A DNA stretch of 52,917 nucleotides. It comes from an uncultured Pseudomonas sp. (lineage in GTDB: Bacteria > Pseudomonadota > Gammaproteobacteria > Pseudomonadales > Pseudomonadaceae). The position numbers were made by a program, and so were the translations under genes. Below, piece by piece: positions 41,705-51,116 of this stretch. Location of the stretch: the NCBI GenBank assembly GCA_964396695.1, contig CAYNGZ010000001.1, positions 7,347-60,263 on the forward strand. Direction: 5' to 3'. The notes beneath the pieces are model-generated. The model was not told the DNA's origin. It saw only the letters and a program-made list of their open reading frames with translations, and searched no databases. Position 1 is the first letter of the stretch. Every line of letters begins with the position of its first letter.

Positions 41705-42640
41705 TCAGGCCGGGACCGCGTCGAGCATCAGGCGCTGGCGCACCACGTCGACCAGTTTGTCTGGCTGGAATTTCGAGAGGAAGTTGTCACAACCGACCTT
41801 CTTCACCATCGAATCGTTGAAGCTGCCGGACAGAGAGGTATGCAGCACCACGTACAGGCCGCGCAGGCGTGGATCGTTGCGAATTTCAGTGGTCAGGCGG
41901 TAGCCATCCATTTCGGGCATTTCCGCGTCGGTGAAGATCATCAGCAGCTTATCGGTCATGACCACGCCGCTATCGGCCCAGGCCTTGAGCATGTTCAAGG
42001 CCTTCAAGCCGTCGCTGGCGATGTGCATTTTCACCCCGAGTTGACCCAGGGTGTCGCGCAACTGGGACAGGGCCACGTTGGAGTCGTCCACCAGCAGCAC
42101 TTCACGACCACGGGCGCGCTCCAGCACCGGGTCTTCAAGCTTGTCACGCGAAACCTTGGCGTTGTAAGGCACAATCTCGGCCAGTACTTTTTCGACGTCG
42201 ATGATCTCCACCAACTGGTCATCGACCTTGCTGATGGCGGTGAGGTAATGCTGGCGACCGGCACTGCCCGGCGGCGGCAGAATGGCTTCCCAGTTCATGT
42301 TGACGATGCGATCGACGCCACCGACCAGGAAAGCCTGCACCGAGCGGTTGTACTCGGTCACGATGATGGTGCTGTCAGGCCCCGGCACCAGCGGTCGCAT
42401 GCCGATCGCCTGGGACAGATCGATCACCGGTAACGTCTGGCCACGCAGGTTGACCACGCCACACACGAACGGGTGACGCTGCGGCATCAAGGTCAGCTTC
42501 GGCAATTGCAGGACTTCTTGCACCTTGAAAACGTTGATCGCAAACAACTGCCGACCGGCCAGACGAAACATGAGAATTTCCAGGCGATTCTCACCCACCA
42601 GCTGTGTGCGTTGATCTACTGTGTCGAGAATGCCGGCCAT
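41705..42640 (-). CDS. cheV: Chemotaxis coupling protein CheV (CheW plus receiver)
   Basis: MAGILDTVDQRTQLVGENRLE, INVFKVQEV, LLVDDS, TDAEMPEMDG. Confidence 0.95.
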   Translation of the reverse strand: MAGILDTVDQRTQLVGENRLEILMFRLAGRQLFAINVFKVQEVLQLPKLTLMPQRHPFVCGVVNLRGQTLPVIDLSQAIGMRPLVPGPDSTIIVTEYNRSVQAFLVGGVDRIVNMNWEAILPPPGSAGRQHYLTAISKVDDQLVEIIDVEKVLAEIVPYNAKVSRDKLEDPVLERARGREVLLVDDSNVALSQLRDTLGQLGVKMHIASDGLKALNMLKAWADSGVVMTDKLLMIFTDAEMPEMDGYRLTTEIRNDPRLRGLYVVLHTSLSGSFNDSMVKKVGCDNFLSKFQPDKLVDVVRQRLMLDAVPA

Positions 42641-42682
42641 TAATGACTCCTGGGCTTTTCTGATGAATTCACTAAAGAAAGG

Positions 42683-42708
42683 TATCGGCGGTTCACGCGC
42701 AATCTTGA
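42683..42708 (-). promoter_or_regulatory. FliA (sigma-28) promoter of cheV
   Basis: Minus strand TCAAG-N14-GCCGATA, matching the Pseudomonas FliA consensus. Confidence 0.85.
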
Positions 42709-43206
42709 CCCGCAAACAAAATCCCACGCAAAGGAATTGATGTCACATTAACATCATGCTCTACTGACGCGGTCATCTCATCCATTGCACAACCCTCTGC
42801 GCGACCCGTCTTTGCGCGTCTGGTTCCGTGGCATAAGGGAATCCCCTAGCCGCAATCAGGACCATCCTGATATTCGCGATATCCAATAGCCATTAATGTG
42901 ACGCCATTCTCACTGCATGAATGGAGTCAGGCTTTTGTTTGTGACCGAAGAACCGTTGCCGAGCTCGTTTTTCAGCCTGCCGGGGTATGCCACTCCAGCC
43001 TCATGGCAAACGATTGCAGCACCTCGTTACACTGCAAATCAGGTTCGTTCAATCGGAGCATTCACATCGAACGCAAACAGACCGTTCATCGCCAGCCGCA
43101 AAAAATCAGAAGCGCCTTACAGATTCAGCTCATTGTCCGGCCGTACCTTACGCTCGTTCGCCACACGCCCAATTGCATCACCTGACTTGATGTCGTGGAG
43201 AGAAGC

Positions 43207-43677
43207 ATGCTGAACGATCGTAAAAACTGGAATCCGCGATTACCCGAATTCCTGATCGAGGCAGAGACCCTGCTGGCCAAATCCGAGGAATGCCTGAGCC
43301 ACCTGCAACTGATCAACAATGATCAGGACGCCATCGACTGCATGCTGAACACACTGTTCACCCTGGCCAACCGGGCCGATGCATTGGCATTGCAGGCGGT
43401 GTCTGAGTTCTCGATGTGCATTCACAGCCTGCTCAGCCATGCACGCACTCAAATCGATCTGAATGACCAGACACTTGGCGCGCTGAAAGAGTGCTTCACA
43501 TTGATGGCCTGGCAACTTGAACTGGTCGACCTGACCACCGGCCAACTCAGCCTTGATGACGCTGAACAGATGTCGTTGATCGAGGCCTTCGCCATGGAAA
43601 TTGGCCGTGCCCCCACGCGCCTGTCATTACCTTCCCAGCCATTCGCATGCGCTCCGCTTTCGGCAAGGCATGCCTGA
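43207..43677 (+). CDS. CheA-P1/Hpt-like protein lacking the phosphoacceptor His
   Basis: EFLIEAETLL...DQDAIDCMLNTLFTLANRA aligns to CheA P1 helices; F replaces the H of the FRxxHSIKG motif. Confidence 0.7.
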   Translation: MLNDRKNWNPRLPEFLIEAETLLAKSEECLSHLQLINNDQDAIDCMLNTLFTLANRADALALQAVSEFSMCIHSLLSHARTQIDLNDQTLGALKECFTLMAWQLELVDLTTGQLSLDDAEQMSLIEAFAMEIGRAPTRLSLPSQPFACAPLSARHA

Positions 43678-44194
43678 GTTGCATCAAGTAATGCATGGGA
43701 TCGCTGGATAATTTTCAATACTTTCAGCAACAACCTTTCACGTCGTAATTGAACATTTCATAACTTTTAACGAAAGAATCAAGTTAATAACCCAACTATT
43801 AGTTGTCGACTTGCGACCTTCTGAACTCCTCGTCCAGAGCGCTGCGAACTGTTTAGCTAGGTAATGAGTCACGCTGGGCGCTCAGCCACCAGCCCATGTC
43901 CACTAACGTAGAGCAGACATCCGGCAACGACAAAAATCCTGACCCTCTGGACATATATAGCGAACGCGACCAACGGTATGTTAAGTGGTATTATGCGGCC
44001 CAATTAGTTGGCTCTACGTTATGGCACTCTGACTTCAGGCGGGGCCTGTCCCTGTACAGTGCAACACTCGATTTTGACAGTCAGACTGCGCTAACTTGAA
44101 GCCAACTATTCAAATACCAGCGTTTTCCACACAGAACCCCGTCAGCCACCATGACCGGTCTGCCCGCAGCGAACATTCATTGGCTCCATCCGCT

Positions 44195-45088
44195 ATGTAC
44201 GCCAGCCTCAAGTCAGTCGCCTCTTGGCCACCCTCCCGAAAAAGCGTTCGCCGGTTCACTCTGCTGCTGTGCCTGTGCTCGGCAGTGAGCAGCCTGCTGG
44301 TTTACTGCCTGTCCGGCCAATTTCCAGTCGCACTGCTGATACTGAATCTTGCTGCCGCCACCAGCGTCTTGGTGCAGCATTGCAATTCGCGTAAATCGAT
44401 CAGGCTCCAGCCTCAGGAACTGGCCGACCGTTTGCTGGAAGTACAGGAAAACGAGCGCCATCGGCTCAGTCGCGAACTCCACGACGACATCGGCCAGTTG
44501 CTGACGGCGGCAAAGCTTCAAAGTGAATGGCTCAAGCGACGTCTGCCTGAAGAGCTGCAAAGCCATTGCACCGTGCTCTGCGACACGCTGGAAGAAACCC
44601 TGACCAAAGTTCGCGATGTCTCGGCCATTCTCAATCCAAGACAACTCACCAGCCTTGGCCTTGAAGCCAGTTTACGAGCACATCTGCTCAAGACACTGGC
44701 CAATACTGCCGTGAACTGGAGCCTTGAATGCCAACAACGTCTGACCGGTATTCCGGAAGAAATGGCGGTGGCGGCGTTTCGGATTTCTCAGGAAGCCGTC
44801 ACCAATATTCTGCGCCATGCTCAAGCCAAAAATCTGCTGATCCGCCTGCAACGTCTGCCCCAAGGGCTTGCGCTGTTTATCAGCGATGACGGACTGGGCT
44901 TTTCTCCTGCCACCCATCCTGGCCGCGAAGGGCAACGCGGAATGGCCGGCATGTCGGAGCGGGTCGAACAACTGGGCGGCACCCTGAGCGTCGTCAGTGA
45001 GCCCGGCAAGGGGACACAGATCGAAGCACTTTTTCCCTGGGCGCCCCGTGCGCTTGAACGAGCCAGTACGAATAAGGTTCTACATTGA
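44195..45088 (+). CDS. HisKA_3 sensor histidine kinase, 2 TM
   Basis: ERHRLSRELHDDIGQ, FRISQEAVTNILRHA, DDGLGF, GMAGMSERVEQLGG; ATG 44195. Confidence 0.92.
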   Translation: MYASLKSVASWPPSRKSVRRFTLLLCLCSAVSSLLVYCLSGQFPVALLILNLAAATSVLVQHCNSRKSIRLQPQELADRLLEVQENERHRLSRELHDDIGQLLTAAKLQSEWLKRRLPEELQSHCTVLCDTLEETLTKVRDVSAILNPRQLTSLGLEASLRAHLLKTLANTAVNWSLECQQRLTGIPEEMAVAAFRISQEAVTNILRHAQAKNLLIRLQRLPQGLALFISDDGLGFSPATHPGREGQRGMAGMSERVEQLGGTLSVVSEPGKGTQIEALFPWAPRALERASTNKVLH

Positions 45089-45744
45089 CTTGTAACTTGC
45101 TTCTGGTGGATGACCACTCGCTGATCAGAGCCGGCGTACGCGCGCTGGTTCTGGATATTCCTGGCTACGCCGTCATCGGTGAAGCCAATGATGGAGCACA
45201 GCTGCTCGAAATGGTCGAGAAGCTAAGCCCCGATATCATCCTGCTGGATATATCCATGAAAGAAACCGGCGGGCTTGAGGCTCTGCAAAGACTCAAGGTC
45301 ATACGCCCACAAAGCAAGGTGCTGATCCTGTCGATGCACACCGATCCAGCGCTGATCATGCAAGCCCTGGAGTCAGGCGCTCATGGCTATCTGCTCAAGG
45401 ACACCACTGCCACGGAACTGGAACACGCACTTGAAGCCTTGCGCAACAACGAACGCTACCTGAGCCCGGCCATCGCTCACACGGTGATCAACCAGGCACT
45501 GGTTCGTGCCCAGAAAATCCAGCCAGAACCGGTCGACACCCATAATCTGACGGCACGTCAGCTGGAGATTCTGCGCTTGATCGTGCGCGGTAAATCCACG
45601 CGCGAGATTGCCAGCGGTTTGGGCCTGAGCATCAAAACGGTAGAAACCCATCGCGCTCAGATCATGAAGCGCTTGCAGATCTTCGATGTCGCAGGCCTGG
45701 TGCTGTTTGCCGTGCGCGAGCGAATCATCAGTCTCGACGACTAG
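45085..45744 (+). CDS. NarL/LuxR-family response regulator
   Basis: LVDDH, LLDISM, GYLLKD, LTARQLEIL...SIKTVETHR; TTG start overlapping kinase stop. Confidence 0.93.
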   Translation: MTCNLLLVDDHSLIRAGVRALVLDIPGYAVIGEANDGAQLLEMVEKLSPDIILLDISMKETGGLEALQRLKVIRPQSKVLILSMHTDPALIMQALESGAHGYLLKDTTATELEHALEALRNNERYLSPAIAHTVINQALVRAQKIQPEPVDTHNLTARQLEILRLIVRGKSTREIASGLGLSIKTVETHRAQIMKRLQIFDVAGLVLFAVRERIISLDD

Positions 45745-45860
45745 GCTGAATTGGCCTGCCGCCCTTCTGGCAAGGGCAAGGTATGCACGCATGTCGAAAA
45801 GCTCAAACTGTCGTCTTGCAGGGGTTAACTATCAAGGGCGATACGAGCCTTCAGAAGAAT
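45741..45860 (-). pseudogene. yegS: Decayed 3' remnant of lipid kinase yegS
   Basis: Minus strand reads SEG.Y (frameshift) IALDS*PLQDDSLSF..CVH..LPEG, matching YegS/DAGK C-terminal pattern INLDGEPL...L.F...RVHLP; TAA at 45827-45825. Confidence 0.65.
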
Positions 45861-46191
45861 CCTGCATGCCGAGTTTTTTCTTACAAATCGTGATGAATCA
45901 GCCTAATTGACGGTCATTTCGTATTGGTACACCTTGTGACTGCGGTTATCAGCCAACGGTTAAAACATACAAGGATGTGCACGTATATGGATAGGGACGT
46001 CTTCTGCGCCTTAAAAAGCGTCGTCCGCAACGCGGCAAACATGAACAACGACTATTGGACCGGGAGCCACGCACTGAATGCAAAGCCATGACTTCCGATT
46101 TCCAGCGAACCGGGGGTCCTCACTCAAAGGCGATCACTTCACTCCCCCTACTGAATGCAATTGCACCGCCAATACACCAGGAGGCAATAAC

Positions 46192-46386
46192 ATGGAACCG
46201 CGCGTTGTAGAGCTGGAGACCCACCTCAAGTACATCCGCAGAGATATGGAAGAGGTCCGAAGCGACGTCAAGTCCATCAAGCACAGGCTTGCTTACTCAG
46301 CTGGCGCTGCGGCAGTGATCATCAGCCTCCTCGGCTGGATCGCCAACAGCCGCTTCGATCAACTCGTGATGCTGCTTAACGCCTGA
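46192..46386 (+). CDS. Small coiled-coil plus C-terminal TM protein (XhlA/phage-like); alternative start 46078
   Basis: Strong RBS aggagg; MEPRVVELETHLKYIRRDMEEVRSDVKSIK heptads followed by hydrophobic helix. Confidence 0.7.
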   Translation: MEPRVVELETHLKYIRRDMEEVRSDVKSIKHRLAYSAGAAAVIISLLGWIANSRFDQLVMLLNA

Positions 46387-46402
46387 CCTGCGCCACGAAA
46401 CA

Positions 46403-46433
46403 CCAGGCCCGACGTGATCCATACCGGGCCTGG
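46403..46433. terminator. Hairpin between convergent small ORF and moeA
   Basis: ccaggcccg-N13-cgggcctgg. Confidence 0.45.
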
Positions 46434-46456
46434 CGAGGCTGTAGTTCGCAAAGGAC

Positions 46457-47683
46457 TTAACCCAGCACTTCACTCAGCGGGATGAAGTTCACCCAGTCAC
46501 CCTCAACCAAAGTGCGCTCTTCCAGCACCTCAACCAGTCCCTCGGCCCAGGCTGCACTGCGCAAAACACCCGAGCTCTGGTTTTTGCAGATGATTGCCCG
46601 CCCATGCTCCAGACGGCCACGCAGGTATTCCCGGCGATTGCCGGCCTTGGACCAGACGAATCCTGCCGGAACCTGAAACTGCAAAGGCCGAACGTCTCTC
46701 ACGCCCTGACGGCGCAACAGATAGGGACGTGCCAACAAGGCGAAGGTCACCAGTGTCGACGCAGGATTGCCTGGTAATCCAATCACCGGCACACCTCGAA
46801 AATGCCCAAACGTCAGTGGCTTCCCTGGCTTGATGGCCAGCTTCCACAGCGCCAGTTCGCCCTCTTCACGCAGCGCAATACCCAGAAAATCCGCCTCGCC
46901 TACCGAGACACCGCCCGTAGAAAGGATCAGATCGACATCACCCAGTTCGGCGAGGCGACTGCGAGTGGTCGGCAAGTTGTCCGGCAAAATCCCCGCATCA
47001 ATCACTTCGCAGCCTAAACGCTGCAACCAACTGCACAGCAATACCCGATTACTGTTGTAGATCTGCCCTGACCCAAGAGCCTGCCCAGGCTCGACCAACT
47101 CGTCTCCGGTGGAGAGCACCGCGACCCGTACCTTGCGCACGACTTCAAGCTCTGCGCATCCCAGTGAGGCAGCCAAACCTTGTTCGATTGGACCCAGGCG
47201 CGTACCGGCGGCCAGCACCTGTTCACCCACCGTGGTTTCCTGACCTTGCGGGCGAATGTTTTGCCCTGCGTGCATCGGCTCGGTAAAACGTACCCGTTGG
47301 TCTGCCTGAACTTCAGCGTTTTCCTGCATTTCAACGCAGTCTGCACCCGCTGGCACCGGGGCACCGGTGAAAATCCGTGCACATGTACCCGGCGCCAATG
47401 GCTCCGGGGCTTGCCCGGCAAAGATCCTCTGGCTGACCGGCAGTGGCTCGCCCGTCCAATCGGCAAGGCACAAGGCGTAGCCGTCCATGGCACTGTTGGG
47501 CCATGGCGGCAGATCGAGGCTCGACACCAGGTCCTCGGCGAGCACACGGCCCTGCGTCGCAGCCAATGGCAATCGCTCGCGCTCAAGGATCGGCGACGCC
47601 TCAGCCATTTCCAGCAAGCGCGCCAACGCCACTTCAACGGGCATCAAACTGCCCATCTTTCCCGGCTTACCCACGGGATTCAC
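46457..47683 (-). CDS. moeA: Molybdopterin molybdotransferase MoeA (Glp)
   Basis: NSAMDGYA, RIFTGAP, STGDEL, TGGVSVGEAD, IKPGKP, GLPGNP. Confidence 0.96.
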   Translation of the reverse strand: MNPVGKPGKMGSLMPVEVALARLLEMAEASPILERERLPLAATQGRVLAEDLVSSLDLPPWPNSAMDGYALCLADWTGEPLPVSQRIFAGQAPEPLAPGTCARIFTGAPVPAGADCVEMQENAEVQADQRVRFTEPMHAGQNIRPQGQETTVGEQVLAAGTRLGPIEQGLAASLGCAELEVVRKVRVAVLSTGDELVEPGQALGSGQIYNSNRVLLCSWLQRLGCEVIDAGILPDNLPTTRSRLAELGDVDLILSTGGVSVGEADFLGIALREEGELALWKLAIKPGKPLTFGHFRGVPVIGLPGNPASTLVTFALLARPYLLRRQGVRDVRPLQFQVPAGFVWSKAGNRREYLRGRLEHGRAIICKNQSSGVLRSAAWAEGLVEVLEERTLVEGDWVNFIPLSEVLG

Positions 47684-48206
47684 AGGGTGCCGCCTGTTTC
47701 AAGTGAGCAACAAAGTTGCATGGGCGATGCCGCGAATCCAGTTGCTCCACAAGAATCCCGTCCCAGCCGGTTCGCACCGCGTTGGTAGAGCCCGGCAGAC
47801 AGCAGACCAGCGTGCCATTGGCCAACCCTGCCAACGCACGTGATTGCACTGTCGAGGTGCCAATGTCCGCAACCGATATCTGCCGAAACAACTCGCCAAA
47901 ACCGTCGACCTGTTTATCCAGCAGGCAGCTGACGGCTTCCGGTGTGCTGTCACGACCGGTAAAACCCGTACCACCGGTAATCAGCACCACTTGCACGACG
48001 TCGTCGGCGATCCAGGTCGCGACTTGCGCACGAATTTTATAGAGGTCATCTTTAAGCAGAATGCGTGCAGCCAGGTTATGCCCGGCGGCACTCAGGCGGT
48101 CAACGAAGACCTGTCCCGAAGTGTCGGTTTCCAGCGTACGGGTATCACTGACAGTCAACACCGCAATGTTCAGCGGAGCGAAAGGTACATCAGCCTTGGC
48201 TTTCAT
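47667..48206 (-). CDS. moaB: Molybdenum cofactor biosynthesis protein B
   Basis: VLTVSDTR, TGGTGFTGRDSTPEA, CLPGS, RPCNF. Confidence 0.96.
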   Translation of the reverse strand: MKAKADVPFAPLNIAVLTVSDTRTLETDTSGQVFVDRLSAAGHNLAARILLKDDLYKIRAQVATWIADDVVQVVLITGGTGFTGRDSTPEAVSCLLDKQVDGFGELFRQISVADIGTSTVQSRALAGLANGTLVCCLPGSTNAVRTGWDGILVEQLDSRHRPCNFVAHLKQAAPCESRG

Positions 48207-48287
48207 AGGCTCGTCCAGTTGTAGGAGAAACAGCCCGGTGTTATATCACAGCGCCTCATTTTTTCACCGCACCTGTGGAGATGCGCC

Positions 48288-48890
48288 ATGACCTCGAACA
48301 TCCCTTTACCGCCCTGCTCCATCCTGCTTCTGGCGGGAGGACGCGGTCAGCGCATGGGGGGGCAGGACAAGGGGTTGGTGATGTGGCAGGGCCTGCCTTT
48401 GATCGCTTATCTGCACCGCCAGACTCGGGGCTTAAGTGATGACCTCATCATTTCCTGCAATCGCAATCTGGAAGAATACGCGCCCTACGCCGACCGGTTG
48501 GTCCATGACGACAACCGTGATTTCCCAGGCCCGTTGGCGGGTATCCGCGCCGGGTTGGCCGCGGCTCGACATCCCCACCTGATGGTGCTGCCCTGCGACG
48601 TGCCGCGCATTGATGCCGAACTGCTCACGGCGATGCGAGAAGCTGCCCGCCAACAACCGGACAAACCCTTGATACTACGCCAGGGCGAGCATTGGGAACC
48701 GTTGCTGTGCATCATCCCTGTGGCGCTCGCAGGCGAGTTTGAAAGCGCGTGGAACGAGGGTGAACGCAGCCCCGGACGCATCATGCGAAACCTCGGCGCC
48801 GTCGCACTGCAATGCCCCGAAAACGATCAACGCCTGGCCAACCTGAATACACCGCAGCTGTTAAGCCTGCACAGCAACGTGCCAGAATGA
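48288..48890 (+). CDS. mobA: Molybdenum cofactor guanylyltransferase
   Basis: [32 protein letters not shown]. Confidence 0.95.
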   Translation: MTSNIPLPPCSILLLAGGRGQRMGGQDKGLVMWQGLPLIAYLHRQTRGLSDDLIISCNRNLEEYAPYADRLVHDDNRDFPGPLAGIRAGLAAARHPHLMVLPCDVPRIDAELLTAMREAARQQPDKPLILRQGEHWEPLLCIIPVALAGEFESAWNEGERSPGRIMRNLGAVALQCPENDQRLANLNTPQLLSLHSNVPE

Positions 48891-48901
48891 CGCCAAGCAT
48901 G

Positions 48902-48928
48902 GAACTTGAACGCCAGACACACCTCTCA
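48902..48928 (+). promoter_or_regulatory. AlgU (sigma-E) promoter of YgdI/YgdR lipoprotein
   Basis: GAACTT-N16-TCTCA, 40 nt upstream of ATG. Confidence 0.65.
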
Positions 48929-48967
48929 AGTTCAGTAATCAAAAGATTTCATTTTCGGAGATATCAC

Positions 48968-49189
48968 ATGACTCAACGGTCCCTCGTCACGTTCATGCTC
49001 GCACTGGGCCTCACGACCCTCGCCGGTTGCTCATCGCCTACAGTGATCACGTTGAATGATGGGCGCGAAATCCAGTCGGTCGACACGCCTAGATTCGATG
49101 CCAAGTCAGGCTTTTACGAATTCGAGCAACTGGATGGCAAGAAAACCCGCGTCAACAAAGATCAGGTTCGTACCGTTAAAGACCTGTAA
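48968..49189 (+). CDS. YgdI/YgdR family lipoprotein (DUF903)
   Basis: Lipobox LAGC, ITLNDGREI..DTP, GFYEFEQLDGK..RVNKDQV. Confidence 0.9.
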   Translation: MTQRSLVTFMLALGLTTLAGCSSPTVITLNDGREIQSVDTPRFDAKSGFYEFEQLDGKKTRVNKDQVRTVKDL

Positions 49190-49268
49190 GCCTCACAGCA
49201 ACTGTTGCTCAACAATAAAGCCCGCCAGGTGCGGGCCACTCACTGGACGCGTTGCTTGAGCCACGGAC

Positions 49269-50159
49269 TCACCACTGCAGCGTGATCTCACTTTCAAAAC
49301 TTCGCTCCGACCCGGTCACCGGATCGATAAAACGTAATCCTTTGGCCAACAGTTTCAAGGGATTGGCGTAATCATCTTCAACGTCTTTCAACGCGTCGGG
49401 ATAAAACGGGTCATTGCAGATACTCGCCCCCAACGCCGTCATGTGAACCCTTAACTGGTGTTTTTTGCCGGTCACCGGAAACAACGCATAACGCCAGAGA
49501 TCGGCGTTTTTCTCTACGACTTCAATGGCGGTCTCGGTATTGCTCGCACCAGACCCCTCCTGCATTCGAAAGAAGGGTTCGCCATCGACCAAGCGGCTCT
49601 TGTGCACCAACGGAAACGACAACTCAGGCAAAGCGCGAGCAATTGCCTCGTAGCGCTTGTCGATCTGTCGTGTCGGAAACAGCGATTGATACGCCGAACG
49701 GCTCTGCGGGTTTGCAGAAAACAGCACCAGCCCCGCCGTGTGCCGGTCGATACGGTGCAAGGGCACCAAATGCGGATTATCCAGACGCCGGATCAAACGC
49801 CGCAGCAACGTTTGCTCGACATACTCGCCCGCCGGGGTCACCGGCAGAAAGTGTGGTTTATCTGCGACCACCAGATGCTCGTCGGCATACAGAATCGTCT
49901 CGAGTACCGGGATTGGTTTTTCGTCGGGAACTTCCCGAAAATAGTGAATCCGCAAACCTTCCTTGTAAGGCAGGTCAACGGCAATCGCATGACCATGACC
50001 ATCCAGGACACGACCACGAGCGATCCTGTCCAGCCATTGCTCGCGACCAATGGCGCTGAAGTGCTCACACAGACAATCAAGTACGGTCAACCAGGTGCCC
50101 GGCGGCAGGTACAGTGTGCTGGCCTGATTCTGTGCGGCGGAAAAAGATGAGATGGACAT
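49269..50159 (-). CDS. RluA-family pseudouridine synthase
   Basis: ADKPHFLP, catalytic HRIDRHTAG, TGKKHQLRVH, NDPFYP. Confidence 0.92.
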   Translation of the reverse strand: MSISSFSAAQNQASTLYLPPGTWLTVLDCLCEHFSAIGREQWLDRIARGRVLDGHGHAIAVDLPYKEGLRIHYFREVPDEKPIPVLETILYADEHLVVADKPHFLPVTPAGEYVEQTLLRRLIRRLDNPHLVPLHRIDRHTAGLVLFSANPQSRSAYQSLFPTRQIDKRYEAIARALPELSFPLVHKSRLVDGEPFFRMQEGSGASNTETAIEVVEKNADLWRYALFPVTGKKHQLRVHMTALGASICNDPFYPDALKDVEDDYANPLKLLAKGLRFIDPVTGSERSFESEITLQW

Positions 50160-50234
50160 ACAAAAGCTCTGGCTGTTGATGCAGGCTGCATTATCCAGCA
50201 AGGGCCTGAGCGATCCTAGGCTCTGTACTGATTA

Positions 50235-50555
50235 TCACGCTGTCAGCGGCGCTCGCTGCGCCGCTGCCTCGGTAAACTCCTTCAGCCAGCGCAATACATC
50301 GACAGCCTCCCAGCGACCAGGATCATAAAGCGCATACAGCAGCCCCTGATAACCCACGACATCCAGCTGACGGTGATAACCGGCGCGCTGGAACAAGGCT
50401 TCGATTTCCGCAAAACAGGTGTTGAAGTGCAATTTGCTGAATGGCGTTTTCCCTTCGGTGACCAGGCCATCCAGGCGCAACTCCAGCACCGCCTCACGCA
50501 CCACATCGGCCGACATCCGGTTCACGCCGGCTTTCAATTGTTCGACATTGACCAT
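50235..50555 (-). CDS. Hypothetical protein (106 aa), probably SOS-regulated
   Basis: Clean ORF with RBS gaggga; LexA box 25 nt upstream. Confidence 0.8.
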   Translation of the reverse strand: MVNVEQLKAGVNRMSADVVREAVLELRLDGLVTEGKTPFSKLHFNTCFAEIEALFQRAGYHRQLDVVGYQGLLYALYDPGRWEAVDVLRWLKEFTEAAAQRAPLTA

Positions 50556-50579
50556 GCTACATCCCTCTGACGCGAATAA

Positions 50580-50595
50580 CTGTACGCATATACAG
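50580..50595. promoter_or_regulatory. LexA (SOS) box
   Basis: CTGT-acgcatat-ACAG = CTGT-N8-ACAG. Confidence 0.85.
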
Positions 50596-50676
50596 TAAAC
50601 GAATAGTCGAGGTTACGCCAATGCATTACCCAGGGATCGCGACAGGTGGAACGTCTGCCGCTGAAACAAGAAGGGG

Positions 50677-50913
50677 TTAACGCAAGAATGCCACAACCTG
50701 TTCGGCGTCAAAGGGCCAACCCAGCTCGGCCCCCGTGTCAACGCGGCGCAGAACCGGAATGCGCAAGCCATAAGCTTCAAACAACGCCTCGCTATCTGCA
50801 ATGTCGACCAGCTCCACCAACAAACCGTGCTCGACCATCGGCATCAGTTCCGCTTCGGCAAGTTCACAGAGGTGGCAACCAAGGGTGCTGAACAACTGGC
50901 ATTCAGGGGGCAT
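50677..50913 (-). CDS. Glutaredoxin-like protein (DUF836)
   Basis: TLGCHLCE CxxC, YGLRIPVL, ELGWPFD. Confidence 0.9.
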   Translation of the reverse strand: MPPECQLFSTLGCHLCELAEAELMPMVEHGLLVELVDIADSEALFEAYGLRIPVLRRVDTGAELGWPFDAEQVVAFLR

Positions 50914-51116
50914 GACTAACAGACCAACGAGGATTGGGTGATTATTCTAGGCCCGGGATGGAAAGTCGTCGAGCGACGGCCCCCATGGGGATGGCCAAGT
51001 TGAGTTGTCTGGTAAAACCCTGATGCAAATCATTCGCCCTCAACTCAAGCTGCGCGATGCTCACCGCTTTTTTGCCTCTACGCTTGGAACGTCCCGGCAC
51101 CAAAACGGAGAATGTT

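Noticed and set aside
42800-43200. Short ORFs (95-98 aa) between cheV and the Hpt-like gene
   Set aside because: Overlap in three frames with no RBS or motif; cannot be told apart from a long leader
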